A stretch of 63,918 bases of DNA, the filler included, from Myxococcota bacterium (GTDB lineage: Bacteria > Myxococcota > Myxococcia > Myxococcales > Myxococcaceae), in the NCBI GenBank assembly GCA_049322255.1. It is 3 parts of 3 records of this genome, joined end to end, with 100 filler letters (N's around TTAATTAATTAA, not from the genome) between each part and the next. Parts side by side here need not be neighbours in the genome. Positions count along the whole stretch, not along the records: positions 21,922 to 43,195 come from JBMORE010000074.1; 2 more parts are not named here. The stretch is one strand, 5' to 3'. Position numbers and translations under genes: made by a program. Below are positions 26,201-35,202 of this stretch, piece by piece; the stretch's first letter is position 1, and every line of letters begins with the position of its first letter. A model generated the notes under the pieces. It did no database searches and was not told where the DNA came from. It saw nothing but the letters and a program-made list of their open reading frames with translations.

Positions 26201-27188
26201 CGCCGGACAGGCCAGCGCCCCGGTGAGTCTCACCGGGGTGACCCAGAATGCGGGTGTCGTTCTCACCGCTACCTTGGGTACCACTTCCTTGAACGCCACC
26301 GTGCGGGTGGTGGGCGCCGCCGAGGTGGCGCGGCTTGACGCTTTGGATCCGCCCACCACGGGCGTGACCGCTGGGGGGTCGACCACTTTCACCGTGCGCC
26401 TCGACTTGCCTGCCCCGGCGGGCGGAAGCGCGGTGGCACTCGCCTTGAGCCCCGTCGCCTTCGGCACCGTGCCGGCGACGGTCGTCGTGCCGCAGGACCA
26501 ACTGGCGGCCTCGTTCCAGCTCACTGCGGCCGCTGCCGCCACCGGCAGCGCCACCCTCACGGCCTCCCTGGGGGCCGACGTGCAGGCCGCCACGGCGACG
26601 ATTCAGGCCTCCACCGGGCTGGTCATCAACGAGTACGACTACGACCAAGTCAGCGGCGACACCGGTGAGCTCGTGGAGATTTACAACCCCACCTCTTCCC
26701 CGGTGGACCTGACCGACCTCGCGCTGGTGTTCATCAACGGAGCCGCCGGAGCCAACAACGCCGAGTACTACCCCGCGGGGGGCACGAACCGGGTGATGCT
26801 GGCCACTGCGGGCCCGGTGCTCGCTCCCGGGCAGTATCTGGTGGTGGGGCTGGCGGCGGTGACGGGCGCGCTGCCTTCGGGGACACTCTCCATTACCTTG
26901 AGCGGCAGCAGCATCATGCAGAACGGTAACCCCGACGCGGTGGGTATTCTCGACACCGTGAAGGACGTTTTGCTCGACTCGCTCTCTTACGGAGGCGCGG
27001 TGAACGCGGTGAACCTAGGAGGCACCACCTACGACTTCCTCGAAGGCACCGCCTCCACCTCCACCTTGGTCGACTCGAACACCGTCGCCGGCTCCCTCTC
27101 CCGCAGGCCGAACGGGGTGGACACCAACGTCAACGCCACCGACTTCGTCTTCACCCCCAACGTCACCCCAGGAGCGGCGAACAACTAA
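23283..27188 (+). CDS. Large surface lipoprotein: Myxococcus Cys-rich repeats, amidohydrolase, TSP3-like repeats, OB-fold-like, Ig-like and lamin-tail domains
   Basis: LAASC lipobox; 3x CGN...EQCDDGN...DGC; PGLINSHDH, HIAEG, IHG, GTDW; DADGDG..DNCP; GFFLQ...SGIFVF; LVINEYDYD...VEIYN. Confidence 0.85.
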   Translation: MSHRLRVFTAAAFAATLAASCSPPRTACGNGKLEGSEQCDDGNATDGDGCESDCTPTPDASVCGNAVQEGSEQCDDGNATGGDGCEKDCTLSVGPRCGNGAPEGSEQCDDGNATPGDGCENDCTFTAGSVRTCPGASLPPPAVGTCEVTSGDANRLFTGVVLAPGEVLLGGQVLFDATGALVCVDCDCSTAAGAATATRVTCPKGVISPGLINSHDHITFQAAPYVSTSQERYEHRHDWRVGRDGHTRISSGGSASNAMIRWAELRQVMAGTTSVAGSGGQAGLLRNLDRAALLEGLGGSAARYETFPLGDSNGTELTSSCGYPSIVLPSVIPATAAFLPHIAEGIEASARNEFGCLSSNASGGQDLIGPRTAVIHGIGLKAVDIAQMASEGAGLIWSPRSNVMLYGDTAAVGVYRRLGVPVALGTDWVRSGSMNLLRELRCADSLNRDYLGRPFTDEQLWRLVTEAAADVTQTSDKLGRLAAGKLADLVIFRQKETHTHRSVLEANPEDVVLTVRGGKVLYGDQPLVAALSTDTCDALDVCGVQKTVCLMSETNETLADLTAANAATYPLFFCNGPPQNEPSCVPERAASNVKNGSTTYSGAQAAGDADGDGVADAQDNCPNAFNPVRPMDNGVQADQDVDGMGDACDVCPLNASSASCTPADPNDADGDGTPNATDNCPVDHNPTQVDADNDGKGDACDVCLAPNPGAAPCPATIYQLKSGTALLGQRVSVGNALVTAVSPNGFFLQVHESEAGYAGRDHSGIFVFLPARTVSAGDRVNVSAALTSFFGQLQLSSATVTTASTGNPLPSLTTALPAEVATGGTRASALEAVLVQVANVTVTNLAPAPGPGDTAPTYEFEVTGGLRVNDFLYRVAPFPAQGEQFASVAGVLRWANGHSKLEPRSSADFSGGAPALVGFGPAMSFIRQGATGTTIPAPLTVTLSRVAATDVTVQVSSASTDVAVANVGAVTVPAGQASAPVSLTGVTQNAGVVLTATLGTTSLNATVRVVGAAEVARLDALDPPTTGVTAGGSTTFTVRLDLPAPAGGSAVALALSPVAFGTVPATVVVPQDQLAASFQLTAAAAATGSATLTASLGADVQAATATIQASTGLVINEYDYDQVSGDTGELVEIYNPTSSPVDLTDLALVFINGAAGANNAEYYPAGGTNRVMLATAGPVLAPGQYLVVGLAAVTGALPSGTLSITLSGSSIMQNGNPDAVGILDTVKDVLLDSLSYGGAVNAVNLGGTTYDFLEGTASTSTLVDSNTVAGSLSRRPNGVDTNVNATDFVFTPNVTPGAANN

Positions 27189-28399
27189 AAGCGAACGCGC
27201 ATGCCGGCGCCGATGCGGCTTTCGCCCTCGCTGTCATGACTGCCGGAGAGCGCGAAGTCTACGTGGGAGGAGTGACGGTAGGAGGCTTCCAGGTTGGCGG
27301 TGGTGCGCTCGGCGCCGAAATCGTGGGTCAAGCCGGCGGAGAGGTTGAAGCTCTCCCGTGGCCGGTAGGAGGTTTCCAGGCTGGCGGTGGTGCGCTCGGC
27401 GCGAAAGTCGTGCGCCGCCTTGGCGGTGACGTGGAGGCTCTCGAGCGGTCGGTACCCCAGCTGGGCGTTGAGGGTCTTGAACCCCTGCGCATCGGCGTTC
27501 GCGCCGGAGGACAGGCTCCACTTGGGGCGCGCGATGGAGTAGCCCACCTCGGCGGCGGAGAGCCCTTCGCGGGTGTTGACGCTCACCGCGCCGGAGAGCA
27601 CCCCCGGCCCGGCGTTGAGGTGTCCGCGCGCTTCCAACCCGAGGGTTTGTTTGTCGGCGCGCGCCTTCAGTTCCAGCCGTTTGTCGAAGAAGCGCCGTTT
27701 CAGCTCGGGTTTGATGCCCAGTTGCTCGAGCCGTCCGGCCCCGCTGGTCCACGCTGCGTAGCCCACCGCCAGCGCGAGGCTCCCGGCCAGTGAGTAGTAG
27801 GCGGCCGGCGAGTCACGGCGGAACTGCTTCAGCTCCTGCTTGAAGTCCTTGATGATGTCCTTGGCGATGTCCGAGCCGAGCTTGCCCAAGTCCTTGAGCT
27901 GCAAGGTGGAGGGGTCGGTCACCTTGATGTCGTGCTCGGCCAGCCGCGCTTGAATGGTGGTCGCCAGCCCGGGGGCGAGCGCGCCGAGGGGGATGCTGAG
28001 GAGCAGCTCGTTGGCTGCCTCGTCCAAGGTCGCCAGTTGCGCTTCAGTGAGAGGGTCGTCTTGGTGCGTGGGTCGCATCAGACGAGCGGCCGAAAGCGGG
28101 TCGTGGTGGAGCGTCGTCTCCACCCGGCTGGTGAAACGGTCGATGGCGGCGCGCATTTGCCGGCCTGCTGGCGAGAGCTCGGCAGGCGAGGGTGTCTTCA
28201 GCTCCAAGGCCCGCACGTTGAGCGAGGGCAGCGGGGCGCCGGTGGTGACGGTGTTCCCTGAGGGGCCCGGGCCCGGCTGCCAACCGGTAGGAGCGCTGGA
28301 GGCAACGGGTGGCCCGCTCGCCGCCGTCGTCGTACCCGAATCGGTGCTCGGAAGCGACGATGTCGCAGGAACTGGAGGGCCGCCGATGCGCTCGGGCAT
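27185..28399 (-). CDS. Hypothetical protein with C-terminal beta-strand-rich (barrel-like) region
   Basis: 404-aa ORF, alternating beta pattern, terminal Phe, internal 29-aa duplication. Confidence 0.65.
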   Translation of the reverse strand: MPERIGGPPVPATSSLPSTDSGTTTAASGPPVASSAPTGWQPGPGPSGNTVTTGAPLPSLNVRALELKTPSPAELSPAGRQMRAAIDRFTSRVETTLHHDPLSAARLMRPTHQDDPLTEAQLATLDEAANELLLSIPLGALAPGLATTIQARLAEHDIKVTDPSTLQLKDLGKLGSDIAKDIIKDFKQELKQFRRDSPAAYYSLAGSLALAVGYAAWTSGAGRLEQLGIKPELKRRFFDKRLELKARADKQTLGLEARGHLNAGPGVLSGAVSVNTREGLSAAEVGYSIARPKWSLSSGANADAQGFKTLNAQLGYRPLESLHVTAKAAHDFRAERTTASLETSYRPRESFNLSAGLTHDFGAERTTANLEASYRHSSHVDFALSGSHDSEGESRIGAGMRVRF

Positions 28400-28438
28400 A
28401 TGGCCGAAAGCATCGCCGATGGGCTAGGCATACGTCCA

Positions 28439-28765
28439 ATGACCCTTCTCTTCATCGACCTGGCAGCGTTGCTCGATCAAAGCAAAGTGGGCGCCGAGGC
28501 GGCCAAGGCGCTCGAGCAGCAGTGGGCGGCAGGGCAGGAAAAGCCCGATGACCAGAAGCGCGCGCTCTGGGAAAAGCTTCAGGCGCAGCGCGACAGCTTG
28601 CGCAAGCGCCTGCTCGAGCGCGCCCGGCCGCACGTGGAGAAGCTGGCCAAGGCGAAGAAGGCGGTGGCGGTGTTGGAGAAGTCGGTGGTGGTGTGGGGCG
28701 CCGGAGAGGACATCACCGCGCAGGTCATCGCCCAGGTGGATGCGCAGGGGCCACTCGAGGCGTAG
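28439..28765 (+). CDS. Short OmpH/Skp-like protein
   Basis: FIDLAALLDQSKVG...VLEKSVVVWG..DITAQVI; no signal peptide. Confidence 0.7.
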   Translation: MTLLFIDLAALLDQSKVGAEAAKALEQQWAAGQEKPDDQKRALWEKLQAQRDSLRKRLLERARPHVEKLAKAKKAVAVLEKSVVVWGAGEDITAQVIAQVDAQGPLEA

Positions 28766-28771
28766 CGCTCT

Positions 28772-29941
28772 TCATGCCAAGAGCGAGAGCTTGACGATTT
28801 CCGGCGGGCTGCCCACCCGCAAGGGCGGCCCCCAAAAGCCGGTGCCCCGGCTCACGTACAGGTGGCCTTCGCGGTGGGTGTAATGGCCGGCGCTGTGCTC
28901 GTACACCAGCGGCACCACGAGCGTGCCGGGGAAGAACTGCCCTCCGTGGGTGTGCCCGGACAGCTGTAGCCCGATGCCCCTGGCCACCGCGTCGCGAAAG
29001 CCCAGGGGCTGGTGGGCGAGCAGCACCGCGGGTCGCTCGGGGTCACGGCCGAAAGTGGCTTGTGCCAAGTCGTAGCGGCTCTTTCCTCGGCCGCGCCAGT
29101 CGTCCACTCCCACCAGGTCGAAGGAGGCGCCCGCATCACCGACGACCACCCGGCGGTTACGTAAGACTTGCAGACCAAGGCCGGGCAGCGCGTCGGCCCA
29201 CTCCACATCGCCCGAGTAGTACTCGTGGTTGCCGGTGACGAACCAGGCGCCGTGCGGCGCTTGCAGCTTGCGCAGCTCGGCCACCGCTGGCCCCAAGGTG
29301 GGCACGTCGCCGTCCACCAGGTCGCCGGTGACGGCCACCAAGTCGGGCGAAAGCGCGTTGACCCGCCCCACCAGCTCGGCCATGAACTTCTGCTCGATGA
29401 CGCCCCCGACGTGGATGTCGGAGAGGAGCACGAGGGAGAAGCCCTCCAGCGCCTTGGGCAGGCCGCGCAGGCGCAAAGAGAGCTCTTTCACCACTGGCGG
29501 GTGAAAGGCGCGCCAGTAGCCGAAGCTCACCGTCCCGCCAGAGAGCGCTGCCGCCGACCCGGCCACCGCACGCGCCACGAACAGCCGCCGCGACTCGTCG
29601 ACCGGGGTGGGCACCGCGCGCCGAAATCGCCCCACCAGCCGCCGCCCCACCCAGAACGCATCGGTGAGGAGAAAGAAGAGGAAAAGGTAGATGGCCAAGC
29701 CCATCCACAGCCAGGCGCCGGTGACGAAGGGCGTCAACAGCGAGCGGGGCAGCACCATCGAGGCCAGCCGTGCCGAGAGCATTCCCACCGCCAGAAGAGT
29801 CATCGCCACCATGCCCAGCCGGAGCCACAGCTTGCGGCGCAGCGTGTCTCGCACCAGCCGGCGATAGAGGTAGAGGTGCACGCTCCCCACCAGCAGGGTG
29901 GAGACAGTGAGAAAGAGGACGAGGCGTGAGTCGAAGACCAT
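28772..29941 (-). CDS. Membrane-anchored metallophosphoesterase (YkuE-like)
   Basis: SDIH, TGDLVDG, GNHEYY, LLAHQP, GHTHGGQ, SRGTGFWGPP. Confidence 0.93.
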   Translation of the reverse strand: MVFDSRLVLFLTVSTLLVGSVHLYLYRRLVRDTLRRKLWLRLGMVAMTLLAVGMLSARLASMVLPRSLLTPFVTGAWLWMGLAIYLFLFFLLTDAFWVGRRLVGRFRRAVPTPVDESRRLFVARAVAGSAAALSGGTVSFGYWRAFHPPVVKELSLRLRGLPKALEGFSLVLLSDIHVGGVIEQKFMAELVGRVNALSPDLVAVTGDLVDGDVPTLGPAVAELRKLQAPHGAWFVTGNHEYYSGDVEWADALPGLGLQVLRNRRVVVGDAGASFDLVGVDDWRGRGKSRYDLAQATFGRDPERPAVLLAHQPLGFRDAVARGIGLQLSGHTHGGQFFPGTLVVPLVYEHSAGHYTHREGHLYVSRGTGFWGPPLRVGSPPEIVKLSLLA

Positions 29942-29947
29942 CGAAAG

Positions 29948-31885
29948 TCACTTTCGGCGCTTGAGCGCGGCGTCGAGCCCTTCGCGGGTGATGACATCCT
30001 CCACCTGGAGCATGCCTGGGCTCAAGGTGAACAGGAGTCGGTGGTGAATGCCCACCCGGGCCGAGTAGAGGTCTTTGAGACCCTCCAGCCGTTTCGTTTC
30101 GCGCCAGGCGGAGACATCTCCGGTGGCGAGGTCCGCCGCTTTGGCCACCGCCTGCCGGGAGACACGCAAGGGTAGCCGTTGCAGAGCATGGCGGGCCGTC
30201 TCGTCGAACATTGGAAGCAACAGCCCCACCGGTCGCGCGCCCTCGGCCGCTTCGCCCACGTCGGTCTGCTCCTCCGCGGGAAGCGCTTCCTCTGCGGGTG
30301 CGGCGGCCATCGTCTCCGACAGCTCGGTGAGGGAGCGGCGCAGCTGGACGCGCTCCTTGTTGCTTTCGGCAATCTGCGCCTTGAGCTCTTCGACCTTGGA
30401 GCGCAAGCGGCGGCGCTCCTCGGGGTCCAGGGTGGCGGTCTGGGGGGTGGCGGGAGCGCGGGTCTCCGCCAACCCCTTTTCCATCTGGCGGATTCGCTCA
30501 GAGGCCTCGGCGAGCTGGCGGCGCAGCTCCTCGGCATGGGCGGCAAGCTTCTGGGTGCGCTCGTCGGTGCGCCGGGCCTCCTGTTTCTGGGCGCGGCGGC
30601 GCTCCCGCTCTTGCTGGAGGGCATCGAGCACGTCCCAACCGGGGTCTCCTCCCGGCAGCCCCAGGCGGTCGCGCGCGTCGTCGGTGGCGTAGAGGAGCTC
30701 TTCTGCCTCGGCCGGGTGGACGGTGGCGAGGGCGCCCCGGGCGAGCACGATGCCCAACGCCGGGTAACGGCACAGCAAGCCGAAAGCCACATCGGCCAGC
30801 GCGGGAGGAGTTTCGCGTAAGCCGGTTTCGACGGCTGCGGTCAGCTGGTCGACCAGCGGAGATTCTTTCGTCAGCAGCTCCAGCTGAAGCGCGAGGGAGG
30901 CAGAGAGGAGGCGCTTGTCCTCGAGGCGCGCCACCTGTCGCTCGGCGACGGCCACCTGCCCGTCCTGCACCGCGCTGTAGATGAGGTCCAGCCGATAATG
31001 GTCGAGCGGGCCGGGACGGTCCTTTCGGGTGGAGAGCACCTCCAGCGCGCGCTCGGCCTCTTCCCACCTGCGGGCGTCGCCCAAACGCCGCATCGTCTCC
31101 GCCAGCGGAATCGTCCGCAGCGCGCCCAGGTCCAGGCGCCGCAGGTCCATCACCGCCAGCTGGCGCACCTGCTCGGGGGTCAGCTCAGGTGACATCGCGC
31201 GCAGCTGCTCGCGCCGCGAGGACAGGGGAGGCGCTTCGGTGAGCCCGTGGCACTTCTTGTACTTGAGCCCGCTGCCACAGGGGCAGGGGTCGTTGCGGCC
31301 CACTTTGGGCTCCACGCGCTTCTGGGTGAGAGGCAGCGCCGGTACTTCGCGGTCTTCGTGGAGCAACTCCAGCACCGGGAGGGTGCGCTGTTCGCGGACG
31401 ACGTCCACGAGCTCCTGGGCGTCGGGAGCGAGCGGCTCGCCTCGAAGGAGGCGTTGCGCCACCCGAAAATACTCGCAGGCGTGCTGGCCCAGCTCACGGC
31501 GGAAGCGCCGCTTCAGCTCGACTTCCAGCGCCGGCCGCCGCGCGTCCTTTGGCTGGTGGGCAAGGAGGTCGGCCACCACCAGGAGCGAGAAGCAGTCGCG
31601 CTCGTTGTCCATGTGGTCTCGCGCAAGGAGCGTGAGGAGGAGGTCAGCAGGGTCGCCCTCGCTGCGAGCGGCGAGCACGCCCAGCGAGGTGACGTCCTCC
31701 AGGTCGGGCAGCACGCGTAGAAGCTCGTGGTGCTTGGGCGAGCGGCCGTTGGCGGCACCCGCGAGGAGGAGGGTGGCCGCCCGCTCGGCATCGCCGTCTT
31801 CCAGAGCGGACGAAAGCTCGGCCTCGAGGTCGAGGCGGCCCTTCTTCAGCTCTTCGAGCACGGGGGAGACTTCGGCGCGGGTCAT
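29948..31885 (-). CDS. SEC-C motif protein with coiled coil and C-terminal RelE/ParE-like domain
   Basis: [22 protein letters not shown]-terminal [22 protein letters not shown]. Confidence 0.75.
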   Translation of the reverse strand: MTRAEVSPVLEELKKGRLDLEAELSSALEDGDAERAATLLLAGAANGRSPKHHELLRVLPDLEDVTSLGVLAARSEGDPADLLLTLLARDHMDNERDCFSLLVVADLLAHQPKDARRPALEVELKRRFRRELGQHACEYFRVAQRLLRGEPLAPDAQELVDVVREQRTLPVLELLHEDREVPALPLTQKRVEPKVGRNDPCPCGSGLKYKKCHGLTEAPPLSSRREQLRAMSPELTPEQVRQLAVMDLRRLDLGALRTIPLAETMRRLGDARRWEEAERALEVLSTRKDRPGPLDHYRLDLIYSAVQDGQVAVAERQVARLEDKRLLSASLALQLELLTKESPLVDQLTAAVETGLRETPPALADVAFGLLCRYPALGIVLARGALATVHPAEAEELLYATDDARDRLGLPGGDPGWDVLDALQQERERRRAQKQEARRTDERTQKLAAHAEELRRQLAEASERIRQMEKGLAETRAPATPQTATLDPEERRRLRSKVEELKAQIAESNKERVQLRRSLTELSETMAAAPAEEALPAEEQTDVGEAAEGARPVGLLLPMFDETARHALQRLPLRVSRQAVAKAADLATGDVSAWRETKRLEGLKDLYSARVGIHHRLLFTLSPGMLQVEDVITREGLDAALKRRK

Positions 31886-31936
31886 CGGAAAAAGAAATGT
31901 GACACAGCCGCGCGGGCGCTTCGAGAGCGGCGCGCA

Positions 31937-32721
31937 CGCGCGGCCGAGGAGTCAGCGAACGCTTCGGCGGCGAAGCGCCCGGTAGGCCAGAAAAAGCAGG
32001 CCCAGCGGCAGCATCCACCCAGCGGGCGTCGAGCTGGACGTGCAGCCGCAGCCGTGGGTGGTGACGGGCGTCTCGCCGCCGTCGGCCTCAGACGTGCCCG
32101 CGTCGGAGTCGTTCGGCCCCGCGTCGGTGTCGACCGGAGGGCCTGCGTCCGCCATGGGTCCGCCGTCTGGAGTGGTTCCGCTGTCGGGAGTGGCTGCCGG
32201 CTCCACGCGCAAGGTGACGACTTCCGAGTCGGTGAGGACGCCATCGGTGACGGAGAAGGTGACGGCGTGGTTGCCCTGCTGCCCGGCGGTGGGGCTCCAG
32301 AGAAAGCCGCCGGTGGAGGGGTCGAAGCTCGCTCCGGAAGGGAGGGGCGATGCAGAGAGCGTCAGGGCGTCGCCGTCTGGGTCGCTGGCGGTGACGACGA
32401 ACGTCAGCGTCGCGCCCTCGACGACGGTGCGTTCTCCAATGGGGCCGAGCACCGGAGGGCGGTTGTTGGGTGGGGCGGCCGTCACGGTGATGGAGAACGT
32501 CTCGGCGTCGGACAGCACACCGTCACTCACGGAGATGGTCACCGAATAGACACCGGCTTGGCCGACCGAGGGCGTCCAGCTGAAGGCGCGCGTCGCCGGG
32601 TTGAAGGTGGCTCCCGAGGGAAGGTTACTGGCAGAGAAGGTGAGCGCATCTCCGTCGGGGTCGGTCGCGGTGGCGGCGAAGGAAAGCGTGCTGCTCTCCA
32701 CCACCGTCCGGTTTCCGATGG
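31937..32721. repeat. 785-bp direct repeat, copy 1 (two Ig domains + linker + MYXO-CTERM)
   Basis: Line-by-line identical to 40877-41661 (offset 8940). Confidence 0.95.
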
Positions 32722-34252
32722 CGCTCAGCACGGGCGCGCGGTTGTTGCATCTGGATGGGAGGCCGATGCACTCCGAGCCAGTGTAGGCACCGATGTTCAC
32801 CGCGGCCCCACCGCTGGTTCCGCCCACTCGGCCAGCGTTGATCGCAGGCGATCCGGACTGGAGCATGTAGTTGGTCGCGACATTCCCACCGCCAGGGACT
32901 TGAAAGAGGGGATCGCTCCCGGCAATCGAGTTCGCATCCGGAGCTTCGCTCAGCGCTTGCCACGCCCCGAGTGTGGTGTAGGTGGTGCCGCGCGCTTGCT
33001 CCTGGATGTTGAAGTGGGCACCCCCGGTACCCCAGTACAAGTTGTAATTCAGCAAACTGTTGGCAATGATCCCCGCCGTCGCGTCGTGGACCTGTTGCCC
33101 GCGCGTTCCACTGCTATCACTGCTATTCCGCACAAAAATATTATTGTAGATCCAGATTGGACGCTCACCACCAGATAATCCGAGCGTAGGTCCGGGATCG
33201 GCAATCGCCCCAATCCGCCCAGGCGACGCCACGCCGCTTTCATTCGTTGCTGCGGTCCCGCCCCAACATGTGTTGTTGTAGAAATAAATGTTCTTAATTG
33301 ACGCATTGCCCTGGAGCCGCAAACAAATTTCGCCAGGATTCGCGATGACATTGTTTCGAATGATGTCACCGTAGGCATTCCGCAAGGCGTTGGCATTGCC
33401 GACTTGGATGGCGGCCCAATTCGTTCGGTAGATCAGGTTATTTTCAACAAGCGTATTTTGATTGCTACTTTTAATGTGGATGCCCGTGTTGCACGTTCGG
33501 ATGTCGTTGTTATAGATACGAATATCGTTGTTGCCGTAGAGCTTAATCCCTGCGGCGTTGGCGTTGGCGCGGTCTTCGTTGTAGTACACGTCTCCAATGT
33601 CGTTATTGCGGGCAATACACGCGATACAGGCTTGAAAGTAGATTGCGCTCCAGTTCCCTGTCCTGTCCCACGCGGACGGATACCCTTTGCGGATATACAA
33701 GTTCTCGATGATGCAGCCGGTCAGCGAGGTCGTTTGCGCCTCGCCGCCCCCGTCGCAACGCGCATCGGTGCCAGCCCCCAGCTCAAACCCCGACCACGTA
33801 ATGTAATTCTTATTGGCGCCAGAGGCCCCAATGACCGGGTTATTGTCGCCATCCTGGCGCAGGTTGCGCGTGACCACGGGACGATGGCCTGGATAGGCGC
33901 GAAACGTAATTGGGTTGCCAGCGGTCCCAGCGTTCGTCGGATTAAATTTGACCGTAGGGTCGTTATCGACGGCGGTCGTGTTGTCTGCGTAGGTGCCGTT
34001 CTTCACGTAGACGGTGTCGCCCGCGACGACCGGGCTATATGGCCCACCACTGCCGCCAGTCTCTCGCGTTGGAACACCGTCCGTCGCCCGATGGAGCGTC
34101 AGCCATGGTGCGGACTCGCTCGTCCCGGCGTTCGCGTCCGACGCGTTCCCGTGGTTCTGGTCCACGTAATACGTGGCCGCGGCGGCCGGGTGCATATTCC
34201 ACAGCCAGAACGCCAGAACCTTTAGCGCCCAGTGAACGGAGAGACCACGCAT
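31952..34252 (-). CDS. Surface protein: right-handed beta-helix (pectin lyase-like) head, 2 Ig/cadherin-like domains, MYXO-CTERM-type anchor
   Basis: Signal peptide; TYYVD...APWLT...AGDTVYVKNGTY; Asn-rich NN repeats; SPAINAG; DPDGDALTF; GCGCTS + TM + RRR. Confidence 0.88.
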   Translation of the reverse strand: MRGLSVHWALKVLAFWLWNMHPAAAATYYVDQNHGNASDANAGTSESAPWLTLHRATDGVPTRETGGSGGPYSPVVAGDTVYVKNGTYADNTTAVDNDPTVKFNPTNAGTAGNPITFRAYPGHRPVVTRNLRQDGDNNPVIGASGANKNYITWSGFELGAGTDARCDGGGEAQTTSLTGCIIENLYIRKGYPSAWDRTGNWSAIYFQACIACIARNNDIGDVYYNEDRANANAAGIKLYGNNDIRIYNNDIRTCNTGIHIKSSNQNTLVENNLIYRTNWAAIQVGNANALRNAYGDIIRNNVIANPGEICLRLQGNASIKNIYFYNNTCWGGTAATNESGVASPGRIGAIADPGPTLGLSGGERPIWIYNNIFVRNSSDSSGTRGQQVHDATAGIIANSLLNYNLYWGTGGAHFNIQEQARGTTYTTLGAWQALSEAPDANSIAGSDPLFQVPGGGNVATNYMLQSGSPAINAGRVGGTSGGAAVNIGAYTGSECIGLPSRCNNRAPVLSAIGNRTVVESSTLSFAATATDPDGDALTFSASNLPSGATFNPATRAFSWTPSVGQAGVYSVTISVSDGVLSDAETFSITVTAAPPNNRPPVLGPIGERTVVEGATLTFVVTASDPDGDALTLSASPLPSGASFDPSTGGFLWSPTAGQQGNHAVTFSVTDGVLTDSEVVTLRVEPAATPDSGTTPDGGPMADAGPPVDTDAGPNDSDAGTSEADGGETPVTTHGCGCTSSSTPAGWMLPLGLLFLAYRALRRRSVR

Positions 34253-34409
34253 GACCCACCCCCATGGAATGGAAACGAAGTGTAGCTTCCACGCTCGTAC
34301 GTCTTCAATGCCGCGCGAGGTTGCACACGGGGTTCCAATTTCGGGCCTGGTCTGTTTTTACTTGTTCGAGTCTCGTTCGGGCGACCAAAGCCCGATGTAG
34401 AGTTCCGTC

Positions 34410-34874
34410 ATGGCGTACGAGGTGGACTTCGCGAACGTGTCGACCGTCGGGCTCGAGTCGTCGCCGGTGGCGGCCGCGCTGGCGGGGCTGCGCGCCAACG
34501 AGGCGCGCTACTTCAAGAACAAGTACGGCCAAGCCTTCGTCGTCGAGCCGGCGAGGAAGGCGAAGAAGCTCATCGACTACGTGCACCGGATCCTGAAGCA
34601 GGAGCGCGACATCGTGATCGAGTCGCGCCCGCTCGAGGCGACGGAGCTTCATGTCGAGAACATCCTTTGGACCTTCGTGTTCTACGAGAGCGGCCTCGCG
34701 ATCAACGTGCTGTACACGCTCGATGACGAGAAGAAGCGCGCCGTCGGCTTCAAGCTCTCCGACGGGATGGAGGTGCCGCCCGAGCTCGCGTCGCGCTTCA
34801 AGTTCGCGAAGCAGAAGTCGAAGCTCGCAGGCACCATCCGCGGCTCGTTCTTCGTGATCAAAGGAGAGTATTGA
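34410..34874 (+). CDS. Hypothetical protein (AGLRANEARYF motif)
   Basis: Clean 154-aa ORF with strong GC3 bias; TAGAGT -10 element 6 nt upstream. Confidence 0.8.
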   Translation: MAYEVDFANVSTVGLESSPVAAALAGLRANEARYFKNKYGQAFVVEPARKAKKLIDYVHRILKQERDIVIESRPLEATELHVENILWTFVFYESGLAINVLYTLDDEKKRAVGFKLSDGMEVPPELASRFKFAKQKSKLAGTIRGSFFVIKGEY

Positions 34875-34896
34875 AAGATGTCGGCACGTCCGGGGC

Positions 34897-35080
34897 TCAG
34901 CCGAGCTCTTGGGCGAGCTCGATGAGCAATCCTTCGGGCCCCCGCATGTAGCAGAGCCGATACGCGTCTTCGTGCTGGACCACTTCGCCGGCGAGCTCGA
35001 GGCCCAGCTCAGCGAAAAAAAGAGATGGCGGTATCGAGCGACTCCACCACGATGCCGAGGTTGTCCATTCGCTTGACGCG
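34897..35080 (-). pseudogene. VOC/glyoxalase family gene with internal deletion and frameshift
   Basis: KRMDNLGIVVESLDTAISFF (T7 frameshift) AELGLEL joined directly to GEVVQHEDAYRLCYMRGPEGLLIELAQELG*. Confidence 0.75.
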
Positions 35081-35202
35081 GGCGCACGCCCGCGGCCGCG
35101 CGCCGGCCTCCTTCGCAGCCGGCTTCACGGTCTTCGTCGTCTTCTTGGCCGTCTTCTTAGCGAGGTCGACCAGTTCCAGCACGCCACATACCTACCACAC
35201 GC

